Positions 63,233-64,000 of a stretch of 64,000 nucleotides of DNA are shown one piece after another. Within the stretch, counting starts at the first letter, position 1. Every line of letters starts with the position of its first letter. The position numbers and the translations under genes are program-made. The DNA is from Nitrospinaceae bacterium (GTDB lineage Bacteria; Nitrospinota; Nitrospinia; Nitrospinales; Nitrospinaceae): contig OZ245011.1 of NCBI GenBank assembly GCA_965223665.1, positions 896,001 through 960,000 on the forward strand. Reading direction: 5' to 3'. The notes below the pieces were generated by a model that ran no database searches, was not told the origin of the DNA, and was given only the letters and a program-made list of their open reading frames with translations.

Positions 63233-63721
63233 TTATAGCATTTTTTTCAAATAAGGTATCAATTGGTCTGCACCCACTCCAGGTGTTCGAGCCCGAATAA
63301 CTCCCTTTTCATCGATAATAATAACCGTAGGCATATCTCGTTGGATATAGGCTGAGTGAATAGTATGGTCAGGATCCAAAAGATACGGGAAATTTACCTT
63401 ACTGGGAAATCCATTTAAATAATCTTCAACATCCTTTTTAGAATCCCCACTGGTATTGATGCCTACAATTACTAATTTATCGGAAGAGATGGAATTTCTA
63501 ACTTTTTCAAACTCCATAGCTTGATTCATACAGGGTACGCAAATATGAAACATCCCCAATAGAACTACTTTTCCCTTTAAACTCTCAAGTGAAATAGAAT
63601 CACCCTTTATAGAGTTAAGTGAAAAGTTTGGCGCGGAATCTCCCGGTTTGGGAGCCCCAGCAAAAGCAGTTTTTGTGAAAATCAAAACAATTATAATGAT
63701 ACTCAATTGGATTTTTTTCAT
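63233..63721 (-). CDS. Exported TlpA/redoxin-family thiol-disulfide oxidoreductase
   Basis: Signal peptide, APNFSL, LKGKVVLL, CVPC, MPTVIIIDEKGVIR. Confidence 0.88.
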   Translation of the reverse strand: MKKIQLSIIIIVLIFTKTAFAGAPKPGDSAPNFSLNSIKGDSISLESLKGKVVLLGMFHICVPCMNQAMEFEKVRNSISSDKLVIVGINTSGDSKKDVEDYLNGFPSKVNFPYLLDPDHTIHSAYIQRDMPTVIIIDEKGVIRARTPGVGADQLIPYLKKML

Positions 63722-64000
63722 GGAACCCTCTTTTGGGAATAAAACTGTTTTTAAAAGCTCTATATAAACATTTGAATTAATTCTAAATCAGCAAGAAGGT
63801 ATTTTAAAACTAAAATATTGTTTTTTTGAATTAAAAACTTTTAATCAAATATTAACACAGGGTTAATACCAAAATACTATAATTTCATTGAATATCAGTT
63901 CCTGAGCAAACCAGGGCAAATGCCTGAAACACTGAATTTTTAAGGCCGTAAGTCTTTCTTGCACTTGTTAGGGGATTGATATATTATTGGCAAGATTTTC

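Noticed and set aside
63895-63960. Possible c-di-GMP-I (GEMM) riboswitch suggested by GGGCAAA...GAAA
   Set aside because: The expected paired stem and the downstream GACGCAAA/second hairpin are missing. An Infernal/Rfam search would be needed to settle it.

Overview
This is an AT-rich bacterial chromosome segment (mid-30s % GC by eye) from a diderm organism. Gene content suggests a Nitrospinota-like lineage, but that is inference only. Most of the window is housekeeping, envelope and transport genes: a yejABEF-type peptide ABC transporter, proline dehydrogenase, lipA, lptF, pyrG, kdsB, wcaJ and a GT4, cpoB-like, iscS, cysE, scpA, rsmE, htpX, serB, rarA, argS-SPOR, mscL/mscS, UDG, moxR-DUF58, and a LolA-like/LolCDE-like/beta-barrel/redoxin operon. 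The notable region is a ~17 kb signalling island (about 15.2-31.8 kb) between kdsB and wcaJ. It encodes a CHASE2 class III adenylate cyclase, a NarL/UvrY-type regulator, a PAS-GAF histidine kinase broken by one TAA just before its H-box His, a single-domain receiver, and a FecR-TPR-beta-barrel outer-membrane protein with the architecture of Sinorhizobium NsrA. Directly after the barrel gene is an array of four small secreted Cys-rich proteins in two paralog pairs, all with a C-terminal (N/T)P-aromatic-GG-Cys motif. One is fused to a peptidase S74-type self-cleaving chaperone, and S74 remnants follow two of the others. A convergent cytoplasmic protein with two tandem [cNMP-binding + histidine kinase] modules closes the array. 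I infer a self-contained ligand > outer-membrane receptor > cAMP > kinase system with a diversifying ligand or cargo cassette array; none of these functional links is tested. No rRNA, tRNA, CRISPR array or transposase was recognised.
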